Source: a virus. From it: a stretch of 64,000 nucleotides of DNA. The stretch lies in the IMG/VR virus record IMGVR_UViG_3300050821_003663, positions 39,678 through 103,677 of that record; one strand, written 5' to 3'. Both the position numbers and the translations under genes were made by a program. The notes under the pieces are model-generated. The model saw only the letters and a program-made list of their open reading frames with translations. It did no database searches and was not told the origin of the DNA. Shown here one piece after another: positions 1-12,200 of the stretch; position 1 is the stretch's first letter; each line of letters begins with the position of its first letter.

Positions 1-2
1 TC

Positions 3-131
3 AATAAGCGCTTCAACGGAGACATCCAGCAGGTGTTGAACTGGATCGCTAGCGAGCATCAGCAGTACAAGGGTGCGGATCCCGAAGTGACAAAGAAGAT
101 GACGGCGTTGAAGGGGAAAGTTATCGGATGA
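3..131 (+). CDS. 3' end of a CDS truncated by the window edge
   Basis: Open frame NKRFNGDIQQVLNWIASEHQQ...KGKVIG*, whose TGA overlaps the next ATG (ATGA coupling). Confidence 0.6.
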   Translation, partial: NKRFNGDIQQVLNWIASEHQQYKGADPEVTKKMTALKGKVIG

Positions 132-739
132 CGGACCAACATTGGATGTGGTACGGAACGGAGACCTTGCAGGTGGTTCCGTACATGGAAGGTACGCCGG
201 TTTACAAAGACGAGACGCTAACGCTGCTTTACCAGCGGACGCGAGATGAAGACAAACTGGAGACGGTGTTCTGTGGGGACAAGATGAGCCACGACGCCTT
301 CGTCTCCTTCTTCCATCAGCGGAAGACGATGCAGGTACTCTGCGAGGTGGAACCAGACAAAGAGAAAAACCTCCACCCGGTAGGGTATTCATGGGTGGAT
401 CTCCCCAAGGGAATCGACGGCGCCAGGTCGGCGCACGCAGGCTTCTGCTTCTTCGACCACGCGGGAAAGCGAGGATCGGCGCGGGCTCTGGGATGTCTTG
501 GAATCGCGTACTGGATCAAGGCGATGAGGATCACCTCGCTCATTGGGGTGCTACTTGAATCTAATGTAGCGGCTAAGAATTTTGCCGAGCATCTGGGATA
601 TGTCGAGTGTGCAGTCATCCCCGAGTACCACTTCCGCAACGGAAAGCTCGAAGGAGCGAGGATTATGCACCTCTCTGCCGAGCGTTTCCTTCCTGTGTTC
701 AATGAGTGGAGAGAGCGGAATCCTGTGGCTGGAAAATAA
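128..739 (+). CDS. GNAT/RimJ-RimL-like acetyltransferase-fold phage protein
   Basis: C-terminal LIGVLLESNVAAKNFAEHLGY..CAVIPEY resembles RimJ/RimL motif B; such genes commonly precede ejection-protein genes in podoviruses. Confidence 0.6.
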   Translation: MTDQHWMWYGTETLQVVPYMEGTPVYKDETLTLLYQRTRDEDKLETVFCGDKMSHDAFVSFFHQRKTMQVLCEVEPDKEKNLHPVGYSWVDLPKGIDGARSAHAGFCFFDHAGKRGSARALGCLGIAYWIKAMRITSLIGVLLESNVAAKNFAEHLGYVECAVIPEYHFRNGKLEGARIMHLSAERFLPVFNEWRERNPVAGK

Positions 740-772
740 CGATTGCGGTACGCTCCTGAGAGGAGCGAACTC

Positions 773-1345
773 GTGTCCAAGCCTACAGGGGAGAATCAGC
801 AACTCCAAACTGCGCAAACCAACCTTGCGAATATCATGGCGAGCACGGGTGAGCAATCAGCTCAGGAAGGCTCGACTCTCTTCAATCTCGCACTTCCCGG
901 ACTACAGCAAGCTGAAGGCTATTACGGCAAGCTGGCGACCGGAGACCCGGCAGCACTCGCACGGGCAAACGCCCCAGCGATCCAGTCGATTACGTCGGCA
1001 AGCAACTCCGCGAAGAAAAACATCACTCAAGATATGCCGCGAGGCGGAGAACGAAACCTTGCGCTCGAAGAGGCGGATCTCAGCAAGGGTGCGCAGATCA
1101 GCGGGCTCACGACGGGATCGTATACGAGCTCTTTCGGTTCACTCGCCGGCCTGGGTGGACAGAACGTATCGCAAGGAACGGCGGCTACAGGCACGGGCCT
1201 GCAGGGGATGAATGCGGCCGCGAATCAATTTGGTCAACTCCAGCAACTCAACAACGAGCAGAAAGCGACTCAGCTCGGATTCTTCGGCTCGCTCGCGGGC
1301 GCGGCGGGAACGGCCGCTGGCGGCGGAGCATTCGGAACGCTATAG
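773..1345 (+). CDS. putative internal virion (DNA ejection/pilot) protein
   Basis: GTG start at 773 after GAGGAG; Gly/Ala/Gln/Ser-rich with hydrophobic Gly-rich C-terminus (LGFFGSLAGAAGTAAGGG); position after GNAT gene. Confidence 0.6.
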   Translation: MSKPTGENQQLQTAQTNLANIMASTGEQSAQEGSTLFNLALPGLQQAEGYYGKLATGDPAALARANAPAIQSITSASNSAKKNITQDMPRGGERNLALEEADLSKGAQISGLTTGSYTSSFGSLAGLGGQNVSQGTAATGTGLQGMNAAANQFGQLQQLNNEQKATQLGFFGSLAGAAGTAAGGGAFGTL

Positions 1346-1359
1346 AGGGGAGATAAGCC

Positions 1360-3219
1360 GTGGCAGTGGACACACCCCAGATCAAGATTGACCCGTACCA
1401 GTCGACAGTGCCGACGGTGCAGATCCCTCCACAGGTGATCGACCAAGAGACGCGGCCGGCAGCTCCATTGCCGGGTCAGTTCGGGCGACCGGGAACGGGT
1501 GCGCTCGCGATTGGGGACTCGCTCATCAAGGGCTTCTTGCTGGGTCACCAGCAGCTTGCAGATCGGAAGGCGAAGCAGGCGCAGGCTACAATCGCGGCGG
1601 CCGACCAAAGCACCGAGGCAGCCTATCAGCAGTATCAGGACTCCATCTCCAGCGGGAAAGATCAGGCGACACAGGAAGCTACCTACAAGAACTACCTCGA
1701 CACCTTCAACAAGGCGAAGGAGACGAAGGCGAAGTTCGTGCTTCCGGAGAAGCCAGCGAAGGGTCAGAAGAAAGACGCGAAGAAGGACGGCCAACAGCAA
1801 CAAGGCCAAGGCGGTCTAGGCGCCAGCATTAAGGACTTCTTCGGCGCAAACCCACACTTGGTTCCGCAGATCGCGCTCGCGACGATGCAGCCCAAGCCCC
1901 CCGGACTGTCACAGGATAATCAGGTTCGCAAGCTTCAAACCGAAGCACTGCAGACCGAGGTTGAGGCGGGCAAGGAGAATCTCACTGCCACAAGAGAAAA
2001 CCGTCAACGCGCTGCGGACGCCGAAGCAAGGGCAGAGAGCCAGCGCCAGGTCGAAGCGAACGGTGGGATCGACGCGGTCCTCAATAACAAGACGGCGGAC
2101 CCGAAGTTGCAGCAAACCGCTCGGATGATGAAGTACGCGCAGCTTGATGCGCAGAGTCCTGAAGCGAAGCTGAAGACCCAGTACGAGCAGCAGCTCCTCA
2201 GTGGCGAGTCCAAAAATTGGACCCCGGAGCAACGGGTGATGGCTGGCCAGATGGGAGTGGTTCCCCTGCCGGTAGCGCAGACGGTCACCGGAAAGAATGG
2301 TCACCAGCAACAGATCTTAGTAGACCCGACGACGAACAAGCCGGTTCCAGGGAGCACCCCGCTGGATCTCGGTCCTCCTGCGTGGGCATCGGAATTCTAC
2401 GCAAAGCGAGCGGCCGACCGCGCCGATCTCCAGAAGGCGGTGCAAGGCAATCCGGAGGCGTACGGTGTAACACCATCATCAGACCCGAAGGCGATGAAGG
2501 CGGCAATCGACGCGAAGGTGTCAGAGCTGGTAGTCGCAACCGAGTTTGGGATCAAAAACGTTGCGGGATCCACCGGAAAGACTGGCTACGAGGTTCAACG
2601 CGACAACACCTACCTGCAGGATGTAGTGAAGGCCGCAGGATTGAACGCCAAGGCAGGAAGCAGCCCGCTGGATACGGGTCAGGCGACGATGTTCTATCCG
2701 GTTGACGCTGGCGGTCAGAAGGCAGGCCAGCCGTTCGCGGTAGGCCGCGAGTACTTCAACAAGATCCTGACCAGCTACACCACGAACCCAGCGGAGGGGA
2801 ACGGAATCCGCGCCTTTCGAACAGACTCTCCGATGCCTGGAGTAAAGAGTCCGACGAATCCCGACGGCAAGCCGGCAGAGGTGCTCGAAGCCGAGCGCCG
2901 GTTCATGTACCAGTGGGTGAAGAACCAGATGATGGATGCCAAGGGCAAGAGCGCCCTGACATCCGATCAGGCCGACCAACTTCTCCGAACGACGGCGTTG
3001 GGCAGGCCGATTGTCTCCGGATCCATGACGCGGCCGCCGGCAGCGCCGGGAGAGCCAGCTCGCGCCGGAGGATCTTCGATGCAGCGGCCACCGAGCGGAC
3101 CAACGAAGCTGTATGCTGTGACGGGAGTCAACGGTCCAGTAGCTTTGACCGATGAAGAGGTTCAGAAGGCTAAGGCCGCTGGCGTCGACGTCCAAGATAT
3201 AAGCTCATTCAATCAGTAA
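1360..3219 (+). CDS. putative internal virion (ejection) protein, 619 aa
   Basis: Gln/Ala/Pro-rich helical protein between the small ejection-like gene and the giant gene; SD GAGGGG. Confidence 0.55.
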   Translation: MAVDTPQIKIDPYQSTVPTVQIPPQVIDQETRPAAPLPGQFGRPGTGALAIGDSLIKGFLLGHQQLADRKAKQAQATIAAADQSTEAAYQQYQDSISSGKDQATQEATYKNYLDTFNKAKETKAKFVLPEKPAKGQKKDAKKDGQQQQGQGGLGASIKDFFGANPHLVPQIALATMQPKPPGLSQDNQVRKLQTEALQTEVEAGKENLTATRENRQRAADAEARAESQRQVEANGGIDAVLNNKTADPKLQQTARMMKYAQLDAQSPEAKLKTQYEQQLLSGESKNWTPEQRVMAGQMGVVPLPVAQTVTGKNGHQQQILVDPTTNKPVPGSTPLDLGPPAWASEFYAKRAADRADLQKAVQGNPEAYGVTPSSDPKAMKAAIDAKVSELVVATEFGIKNVAGSTGKTGYEVQRDNTYLQDVVKAAGLNAKAGSSPLDTGQATMFYPVDAGGQKAGQPFAVGREYFNKILTSYTTNPAEGNGIRAFRTDSPMPGVKSPTNPDGKPAEVLEAERRFMYQWVKNQMMDAKGKSALTSDQADQLLRTTALGRPIVSGSMTRPPAAPGEPARAGGSSMQRPPSGPTKLYAVTGVNGPVALTDEEVQKAKAAGVDVQDISSFNQ

Positions 3220-3227
3220 GGGCCGAC

Positions 3228-6200
3228 ATGGCAGAAGACGTTCTGGAAAAATTGAGTGCCGCGATTGGCCGCAAGATTACGCCCGAGTCGACGGCGAAGA
3301 AGCCGGTCTATGTAGCTGGCGAAAACGTGAAGGGGCTCAAGGAACCGGGCAACATCGACATCACGAATCGTCCCGTGGTTCCAAATCCAGCCGCCGGCAA
3401 GGGTCAGTCAAGCACCGTACTCTCGATGGGGATCGAGGAAGACGGAAAGCATGTTTTGATTCCGATGGTGAGCGACGGCGCAGACGGCAAGCCGCCTCGC
3501 ATAATGAATAAGAAAGAAGCCATCGACTACTACCACAAAACCAAGAAGCATCTAGGGATTTTCGATAGCGATGCCGCTGCCGACGAATACGGAAGAAACG
3601 TTCTACACCCCCAGCAGGCCACCCTGAAGAACGTGAACGGGAGGACTTCGGCCGCCCCGGATCTGTCCTCAATCATCGGCCGAAGGGTGGAGCCCGAGAA
3701 GGTCTCCCCGCTGGCGATGCAGCGGTTCAAGATGTACAGCCAAGCCCGGACGAACGGATTCGACCCGGACGCGGCGATGAAGACGGCGATGTCGACCGCA
3801 GGGACCGTCGAAGGAGCGCCGGGACAGTCGATGTACCAGAAGGCCAAGTCAGCCTTCGCCAACGTTCCGCTGGCGCCGGGAGCAACAAGAACGCTCGGCG
3901 ACGTAGGCAAGGACATCTCGGAAGTCCTGCATCGCGCCTGGGCGAATCCGATGGCGATGTCAGATTCAGAGTGGGCGAGTCATCAGCAGAACATCGACAA
4001 ATTCTTCGACGACTACCTCCAGCAGGCAAAGGCGAAGATCGGAGAGCCGACCACCCCGTTCAAGAAGTTCCAGACAGGAGCGGCTCAGTTTGAAGCTGGG
4101 GCCTTCGCTGGGACGGCCAAGACGGCGGCAGAGTTCACATCTCCCGGCCAGATCGCATTGTTGGTGGGAACCTTCGGTGAAAGCGCGTTGGCGCGTGTAG
4201 CGGCTAAGACTGGAATTGCCGGAGCTGTCCCCGCAGCGAAGACGATAGCGAAGCTGTTGCAGTTGAATTTCACTGCGTCGATGATCGAAGGCACCGCCAC
4301 CGGAGTCGAAGACACCTTCCGCAACGCCATCAAGGGAGACTGGAAGGCAGCCGGCCAGTCAGCGGCCGAAGGTCTAATCAGCGGCGTGATGGCGAAGTCT
4401 GCCATCGACCATGAGACCGCGCAAATCCGAGTAAGGGCGGATCTGGAGAAAGTGGCGCGAGACAAGTACGGAGCCCCGGCGGGCCATCCGGTTACTGCTG
4501 CGATCACCTCCCGGTTCAACCAGCTCGACCCCTTCCGGCAGGCGGCGGTCATTGACGAAGCCGTGAAGCAGTCGAAGGAGTATCAAGACATCCTCAAGGA
4601 CGTCGACGACAAGAACGCCGACGCTAAAGCTGAGACGCGGAAACAGCAGCGAGGGCGACTAAACGATTACTACGGCCGCGCTATGTCGGAAGCATGGGAT
4701 GAGAACGTTGCTAGAAGGACGCTGCAGGGCCTCCAGCGTGGCCGCCAAGCGGTCGGTCGGATGGAAGAGGCGTCACGGCAGGCAGACACCAAGCGAGCGC
4801 AGGAAGAGCACGTACGCGAGCAGCAGAGCATCACGCTAAGGCTGATAGAAGAGCATCGCGAGATGGATCGGCAAGCAGCCGCGAAGCAGCGGATCGAGCG
4901 CGGGCAGGAAGCAGCCTCCGAACGGTCCCAGGTGGGACGGATCTCCGAGGTGCTATCCGACAAGCGGAACGACGTATTCCGTCAGCGCCAGGAATTCGAT
5001 AGTATCGCGCCGGCCGAGACAGCGCCTCGCCGGCAGATCGAGGCAGTGGTCACCCCCGAGGGCCAGGTAGCCTACCCTGCGATGTTCTGGGGAGAAGAGA
5101 ATCATTTTGGAGTTGCCGGCGATCTTGGCGGACACGCGGTCTATCGCCAGACGCCACGCGGAACGGAGTGGCTAGGGACCGACGGCAATTTCAGCGAAGC
5201 TCCGGAGTCGGTCTACATGGCGGCGAAGCCGGAAGAGGCTGACACGATGGCGCGGCTTGGAGCGCTCACAGCAGAGGCAACCTACCGGGCAGAAGAAGAG
5301 GGCGGAGAACACGTAAAGGACGCAGATGAGCTATCGGCAATTCTCAGAGATTATTCGGAAGGTGAAATCGACGCGAAAGAAGCTCGAAAGAGGGCGGGAA
5401 TCGCGGACACAACCAAGCTGCCAGACGAGTACACGGCCGCTCGGGATGGGAGGCTCAATGGACCCTTTTATGATTCATCAGCACGAGGGTATTATGACGG
5501 ACTTGCTGAGGAGGCAAGAACCGCTGGCCTTACTGAAGAAGAAACCAACGAACTCCTCAACGAAGCCGGTATGCTTTCCCGTCAGCAAACCGAAAACAAC
5601 CTCCACCACGTCTCCCGTCCGGGCGACTACGTCGTTTCGGGTAAAGGAATAAAGTGGACGCTCGACAGCAAGGGCGTACTCCACTCTGACGAAGGTGGAG
5701 CAGTACCCCTGTTGAAGCGCGGGCTCTACTCGAATGACGCTCTACAGCTAGCGGGGAGCGGCCGCGTAGGCTACGGTACGCAGACGCGGGACGAGCGCAG
5801 GGCATCCGACGCTCGCCGCCGGCAGACCGAAGCTGACATCCGGCAGAATCAGGAGCAGGTCGACCGCGAGATGCGATTGGCAGTGCAGCGCCAGGACATC
5901 ACACCTGCAGCGGAAACAGAGCCCCGCGCCGATACCATCGACAAAGACGTCCGCAGGCAGAGGTTTATGACGCGGCCGCCACGGGCGGAAGAGAGCCAGG
6001 TCGGAGCCATCGTCCGGATGGTGCTAACGGCGCCCACCGACGCGAAGAGTGTCATCAAGGCCATTGCGGCAAGGAACGGAGTCAGCGAGCAAGAGGTGAT
6101 GCGCCTTCAGATCGCGGCTGACCCAGATCGCCTCAACGCCCCGGAGGCGAAGGTAGCGCGGCTGGAGATCGGCGACACGATCACAGACGACTTCCGCAAG

Positions 6201-9200
6201 GATCGGCCGTGGAAGGTGGAGCAGGGCAAGGATGGCAATCTCTACCTGCGGTCTGGAAACGCCTCACCACTCAAGCTCGACAGACTGAATCCCAGCGACC
6301 GCGTCAAAGACATCGTCAACAAAGGCAAGGTGACGCAGAGCAAGCTCGACTTCACTGAAGCTGAGGTCAGTCAGGCTGCGTTCGACCGGCCACACTACGT
6401 CAGCTATCAAGACCGCTTGACGGATGAGGTGCGCGAGAGGATTGAAGGCACGATTTCAGATCCAGAAGCGCGTACACCCGCACAGGTCGAACAGCAGGCG
6501 GTAGCAGCTATCCGGCGCTCCGACGCTGCCGATGCCGTGGCAACCAGAGCGGTGATCGACTCGGTCAATCCGCCGGCAGATGTGACCAGCGTGGAGCAGG
6601 CTGAAGGCGCCGTCGACGACGCGCAAGAGAAGGTGAAGGTCGCGGAGAAGGCGTACTCTCAGGCTGCCGAGGCAGAGTCGAAATCGACACCTGCGGACCC
6701 GTTCCCAGACCGTGCTCCGGTATCCGTGGGATACGTTGGACCGCATGGCATGATCGTCCAGAACGGTCACGAGATCTCATTCCACTACGAAGTGGTCCCG
6801 ATAGACTCGCTAGTGGCTTCGCACAACTGGAATGGCCCCCTACTTGAGGTGAATCCGGAATTTCCGGAACCGCTACAACCACGGACAATCTCAGAGGCAG
6901 AGTCGAAGCTGAATGATCTTCGAGCGCAGCGCCGTGTCACCAGCGAAAACGGCAAGACGCAGGGGTACGACTTCCGCGAGTACGCCGATAAGACCGTGAA
7001 TGGTTCGATGGGACCGGCAATCATCGACCCGAGAGGGTGGATTGTCGGCGGAAACACGCGAATTTCAATCATGCGCCGTCACCTGGACAATCTCCGGTCG
7101 ATTGGAGACGTGGAAGAGCGCGAGGCTGCACTGCTGGGGTTCCGTTCGGCAATGCGTCAGCTCGCCTCAGAAGATGGAGTTGCGGGCTATCCGGACGATG
7201 GCAGCTTCAATGCCGTGGTGAGGGTGTTAGATAAGCCCATCGCGACGAACAGGGAGGCAGCGGAGCTAGGCAGGCTCTTCAATAAGTCCGTCAGCGTCCA
7301 AATCAGGAAGTCAGCCAAGGGGATCTCCTACGCGAAGTCGCTGGACACGCCGCTCATGGAGGAGATCGGGCGCAGGACTGAAGCCTACGACGGACTGACG
7401 CCGGCGATGCAGGCTGATCCAGAGTTCTTTCGCGACATCGTAAGCGAGAAGTTCAGTGTGACCCCGGAAGAGTACGCGGATTGGTTTGACGATATTCCCG
7501 GCCGTGGCCTGGTATTGAACGATCAGGGCCGCCAGCAGTTCACCAAGGCGATGATGGGCACCGTCATCAAGGATGCAGCCCTGCTGAACCGCATCGAGGG
7601 CAGGACGCCCTACCGGGCTGCAGAGCGGGCGATTACGTACCTCATCAAGATGCAGGCGCTCACCGACCGAGACATCGTCGGCAAGATCACTGAAGCGCTC
7701 AACGCCAGCGCGGAGACGATGAATACCGACCCCGGCCTGTCACTATCAAACGACCGCTGGCTGGCAACCTACCATCCAGATCAACAGCAATTCTTGGGGA
7801 TGGAGACGAGCATCCCGCCGGAGCCTGACCGGATGGTAGAAGCGCTGTGGCGGGCGCTGACAGCTTCAGATGCGGCCGTACCCCGCGTATTCAACGACCG
7901 GCTGAAGAGCTTCATTGGGCAAGAATCTTCGTTAGCGGGTAATATCTTCGAGGAGCAACAGGAGACGCCGGCAGAGGCTTTCAACCGCGCCTTCAAGAAG
8001 GAGCTGAAAGAGGTAGCTTTCAGTCGCAAGGATAAGCAAGAGGCGATCTCGCAGGACGAATACGATGCGGCTCTTCGCAACCGCGAATTGAGCGATGCAG
8101 AGAGGTTCGATGCAGAGAACACACCGGAGACAGAAGGAGGTCGCGGACAATCGCCAGAGCAGGCTGAGGGGGCGCAAGCCCCCGGCAGTCTCAGCGCAGG
8201 AGACCCATTCGCAACGACATCATGGGAGCGTGGCGAGCAGCCGGGAGAGTTGATGTGGGTAGACCACGAGGGGGACTATCCGGTAAGTGCAAGACTTCTG
8301 GCGAGCAAGGAGCGGGCTGAGGTTGCAATCAAAGACGAGCACGGGTTAGTTGGCACCGTGGTCATTGGCCGGGGGGAGTGGCCGAAGGAAGAAGCCGACC
8401 GTGTTTCGCTGATGCGAGAGAAGATGAAGGGGGCCGGAGACTTCAACGATAAACCCGAGCAGGCCCAAGAGAAGATTGCGGAGCGGATGGCTAAACAGGC
8501 AGCCATCGCGTTCAAGCACGGGTCTTCGGGTGGCAGGATGACCCGGCCGCCGGAGGCGCCAACGAAGGCATCCATTGCAGCCCGCGACATGGCCATCACG
8601 AAGGCCGAAAAGGGATACGTCACCCCGGACAAGCTGAAGGAGTTCCTAGCCTCACATCCAGCGACGAAGGGCAACGTCAACGAGTTGATGCGCACAGCGA
8701 GGATGATGTCGGAGTACGTGTTCGACGCCGACCCGCCGGTGGGGGTAGATCGCAAGCAGGCGCTCGATTGGGTGTTGCGCGAGCGGTTGGCAGGGATCGA
8801 AGCGGGAGAGCTCAAGACGAAGCGCGGGCAGTACAGCGACCCATTGATCGAAAAGGGTGTTGGCGATGCGATCATGAAGCTGCATAAGGCAGCGGACCCC
8901 AGCACCTTCATTCACGAGTTCGCGCACGTCATCTTCCCGATGCTGAGTGACGAGGATCTCAAGGCTATCGACACCATCGAGGGACCGCGTGGGAAGGGGC
9001 GCTGGGACGGTGAACGCAAGAATCTAACGAAAGACGTTTACGTTGACCTATCGGAGAAGTTGGCGAGCGGCATGGAGCGCTTCCTGCGAGACGAGAACCC
9101 CACCGGGTTTACCCATGAGGTCAAGGCGGTACTAGCGAAGGTCAAAGAGATGATGCGGAAGGTATACAGCGCCTTCGCAAAAGACCCGCTTTCAGGCTTC

Positions 9201-12200
9201 AACCCGACCGAAGAGGCTCGCGAGGTGTTTTCGAAGATGTTCGGCATCACCACCTTCGACGTGCAGGATAGATGGAGCGAAGAGCTAAAAAAGGCTCGCA
9301 CCGAAGAGAAGCGCATGAAGAAGCCCGACGAAGAGGCTCACCCGCTGCAGAAGATCGCCGCCGATGCAGGCGCCACGGGCATCCGCAACACCATCGCGGG
9401 CAAGGTGGAAGACTCTGCCGGCGAGCGTGTGGACCCGCGCAAGCCGAGCGCAGCGCTGGTGTTCCCAGACGAGGGATCCGCGACGGCTTTCTGGGACCAG
9501 GTTGTTTCCGGCAAGGGCAAGATCTCGAATGCCGAGTTGATTCAGGCTGAGGACGGTAGCTGGGGGGTTCGGTTCAACACGAAGACGAAGGTTCCAAACA
9601 GCGTGCTTTATCAGGATGTGCCCAAAAAGCACCCAGGTTTGGAGTTGGAGGAGAAAAAGAAGAGGCTTGCGGAAACCCCCGCCTCAGCCGCAATGGTGCG
9701 AAAACTCCTCCAGCTCCAAATTCAAAATCTAGAAAACGAGATTCGGTCGAAGTACGGCGCCGAGACGGAGCCGGCGGCGAAACCGGCAGAGGTTGCGTCG
9801 CAGGCACGGCAGGAGGTAAAGAATGTCGCAAACGCCAACGCAGTACGAGAAGCGGCTCATGCAAACGCTCCACTTTCCGACGCTGGAAAGCCTCCAGCAT
9901 TTTCTCAACCTCCCCGTCCTCCCCGGTCTGCGGATGCGGGTGCCGGATCAACTGGACGAGTTCGACCGGATGGAAAGCCAGTGGCAAGAGCGCCAAGGAG
10001 CCTAGCCGAAGTCAGGGAAGTCAACATACAGCCGCTCGCGAGGGAGCGCAGCGCACCGGTTGGAACCGTCGAAGGCGAAGAGTTCAACGAGCAGAAGTGG
10101 AAGTCCACGCTTGCGATGGCTGGACTGCCGGAGAATCTGCCTCCGCCGACATGGGCTCTCAACCGCAAGACGGCGGAGAAGCTCATCTTCCCCGGCCAGA
10201 AAGAAGTTGTGCAGGCAGCGCTCTCGGCCTTTGAGCAGGGAGATGGATTCGCGGCTGCAACCGCCACCGGAACCGGCAAGACCTACACCGGCATGGCAAT
10301 CATCAAGGAATGGCGCGACAAGCATCCGGACGCGAGGATCCTCTACATCACCAAGAACCAGAAGTTGCTCAAGAATGCCCGTGGCGTCTCAGAGGGGACG
10401 TTCGGCTTCGAGATGGAGAAGAAGCTACCCGACCGCGATGCGCCGGCCGGAACGTACGGGATAACCTACATGGGAATGATTGCGGACCCGAAGGCGGAAA
10501 ACACGCACTGGGACATGGTGATTGCAGACGAGTCAGGCGAGGCCCGCAATTGGTTCAAGGAAGACAATCAACAGGGCAAGAAGTTGATGGCCGTGACGGC
10601 GAACGCCGACAAGGTGGGCTACTTTAGCGCTACGCCCTGGCATTCTCCGATGGAATACGGGTACATGACGAAGCTCAATCTATGGCCGAAGAACGGTTTC
10701 GACAGGTGGATCGAGGGTAACTTCGCGCACGAAAAGATCGACGGCAAGGTGATCGGGAAGCTGGATCCCGCAAAGCAGGCGAAACTACGTCAGCAATTGA
10801 TCGAGCGCGGCCAGCTCGTATCGCAGGCGATTTCCTACGATGGATTTACCGCGCACTTCGGCGTGGTTCCGGTGACGGATTCCATGAAGCGCGGCCTAGA
10901 CCGCATTCATGAAGGATTTGCTCGCGCAAAGAAGCAGTTGATTGACACGAAGAAGAAGGGGCTTGCAGAGAAGGTTGCAGCGTTCGAGGCGACCTACACG
11001 AAGGCATTCCTTGAGCGGGAGCGGCTTCCCCAGGCTATCGAACTAGCGCAAAAGGCTCGTAGGAACGGATGGCAGGTAATGCTGTTCTCCGAGACGTCCT
11101 CTGAAGATCTCTTCCGGCGCGGCCAGGAGGAAGGCGAGGAGCCGAGCACCTACCAGCAACTCGATATGGCGATGGGCGGCCAGCTTTCGCGGATCATTCC
11201 GCCATTCCCGAACATCTACGACAGGCTTCAGCAGGCGTTTGGCAGCCAGATTGGCGACTACAGCGGCCGTGGCAATTCGATGGGAGAGCGCGAGAAGGCG
11301 CTCACTGACTATCTGACAGGCGAACGGCCAATGATTTACTCCACCTACGCTGCCGGCGGAATTGGAGTCAGCCTGCATGACGCAGACTTTCCAGAATTGG
11401 GGATCAGCGGAGGAGAGCGGCCGCGTGTGGCTATCTTCCTTGGGCCGCCGTACTCAGGAGTGCTGCTAGAGCAGGCGATGGGGCGCTCATGGCGCTTCGG
11501 TGTGAAGTCGGATACCCACTCTGTCTTTCTCGCCACCGATTCAGAGCCAGATGTAAGGCTAATGCAAGAGAAGGTTGGGCCGCGCATGAGGGCGCTGAGA
11601 GCCTCCGTGCTAGGTGAGCGGGACTCACTGGCGTCGGTCATGGCCACTTACAACGATGAGGAGAAGACGCGGGCGAGGCAGGAGTCGCTGGCTTATCAGG
11701 AAGGCAATGAACCGGAGATCTCGGCGCAGAGCTTCCAGGTACGCAGCAAGTCACGCGACGTTGGCATCAACGATTGGAGCCAGATCAACTTTCCACCGGC
11801 CGATACCGCGAAAAACAAGGGCATGAAATACGGAGAGCATGTACCTGGGGGAGATTGGAGCAACCTCTACCAGTCGAAGTTCGGGATGCTATTCCCAGAC
11901 TCGCCGGAGCAATCGGCCGGGAAGGATTCGGTCGACTCCATCGGCAACGGTCTGGCTACCGGGCAAGGTCTTCCGCCAGACGTGTCAGTCCAAAATTTGG
12001 ACCCCGCAGACCGCGACGTGGTGGTGGGCGCGGCTGCTTCTGTGGCGACGGATGCCGTGGATGCTTCAACCGAGCGCGATGCGAAGGCTGCAGCCCGTCA
12101 GTCGATGCAGTCGCAGATGCAGCTACCCGGCGACAAGGATAAGTGGATCCTGACCTTCCCGAACAGGCGGCAGAAGATCGGCGTCTGGCGGTATACCGGG

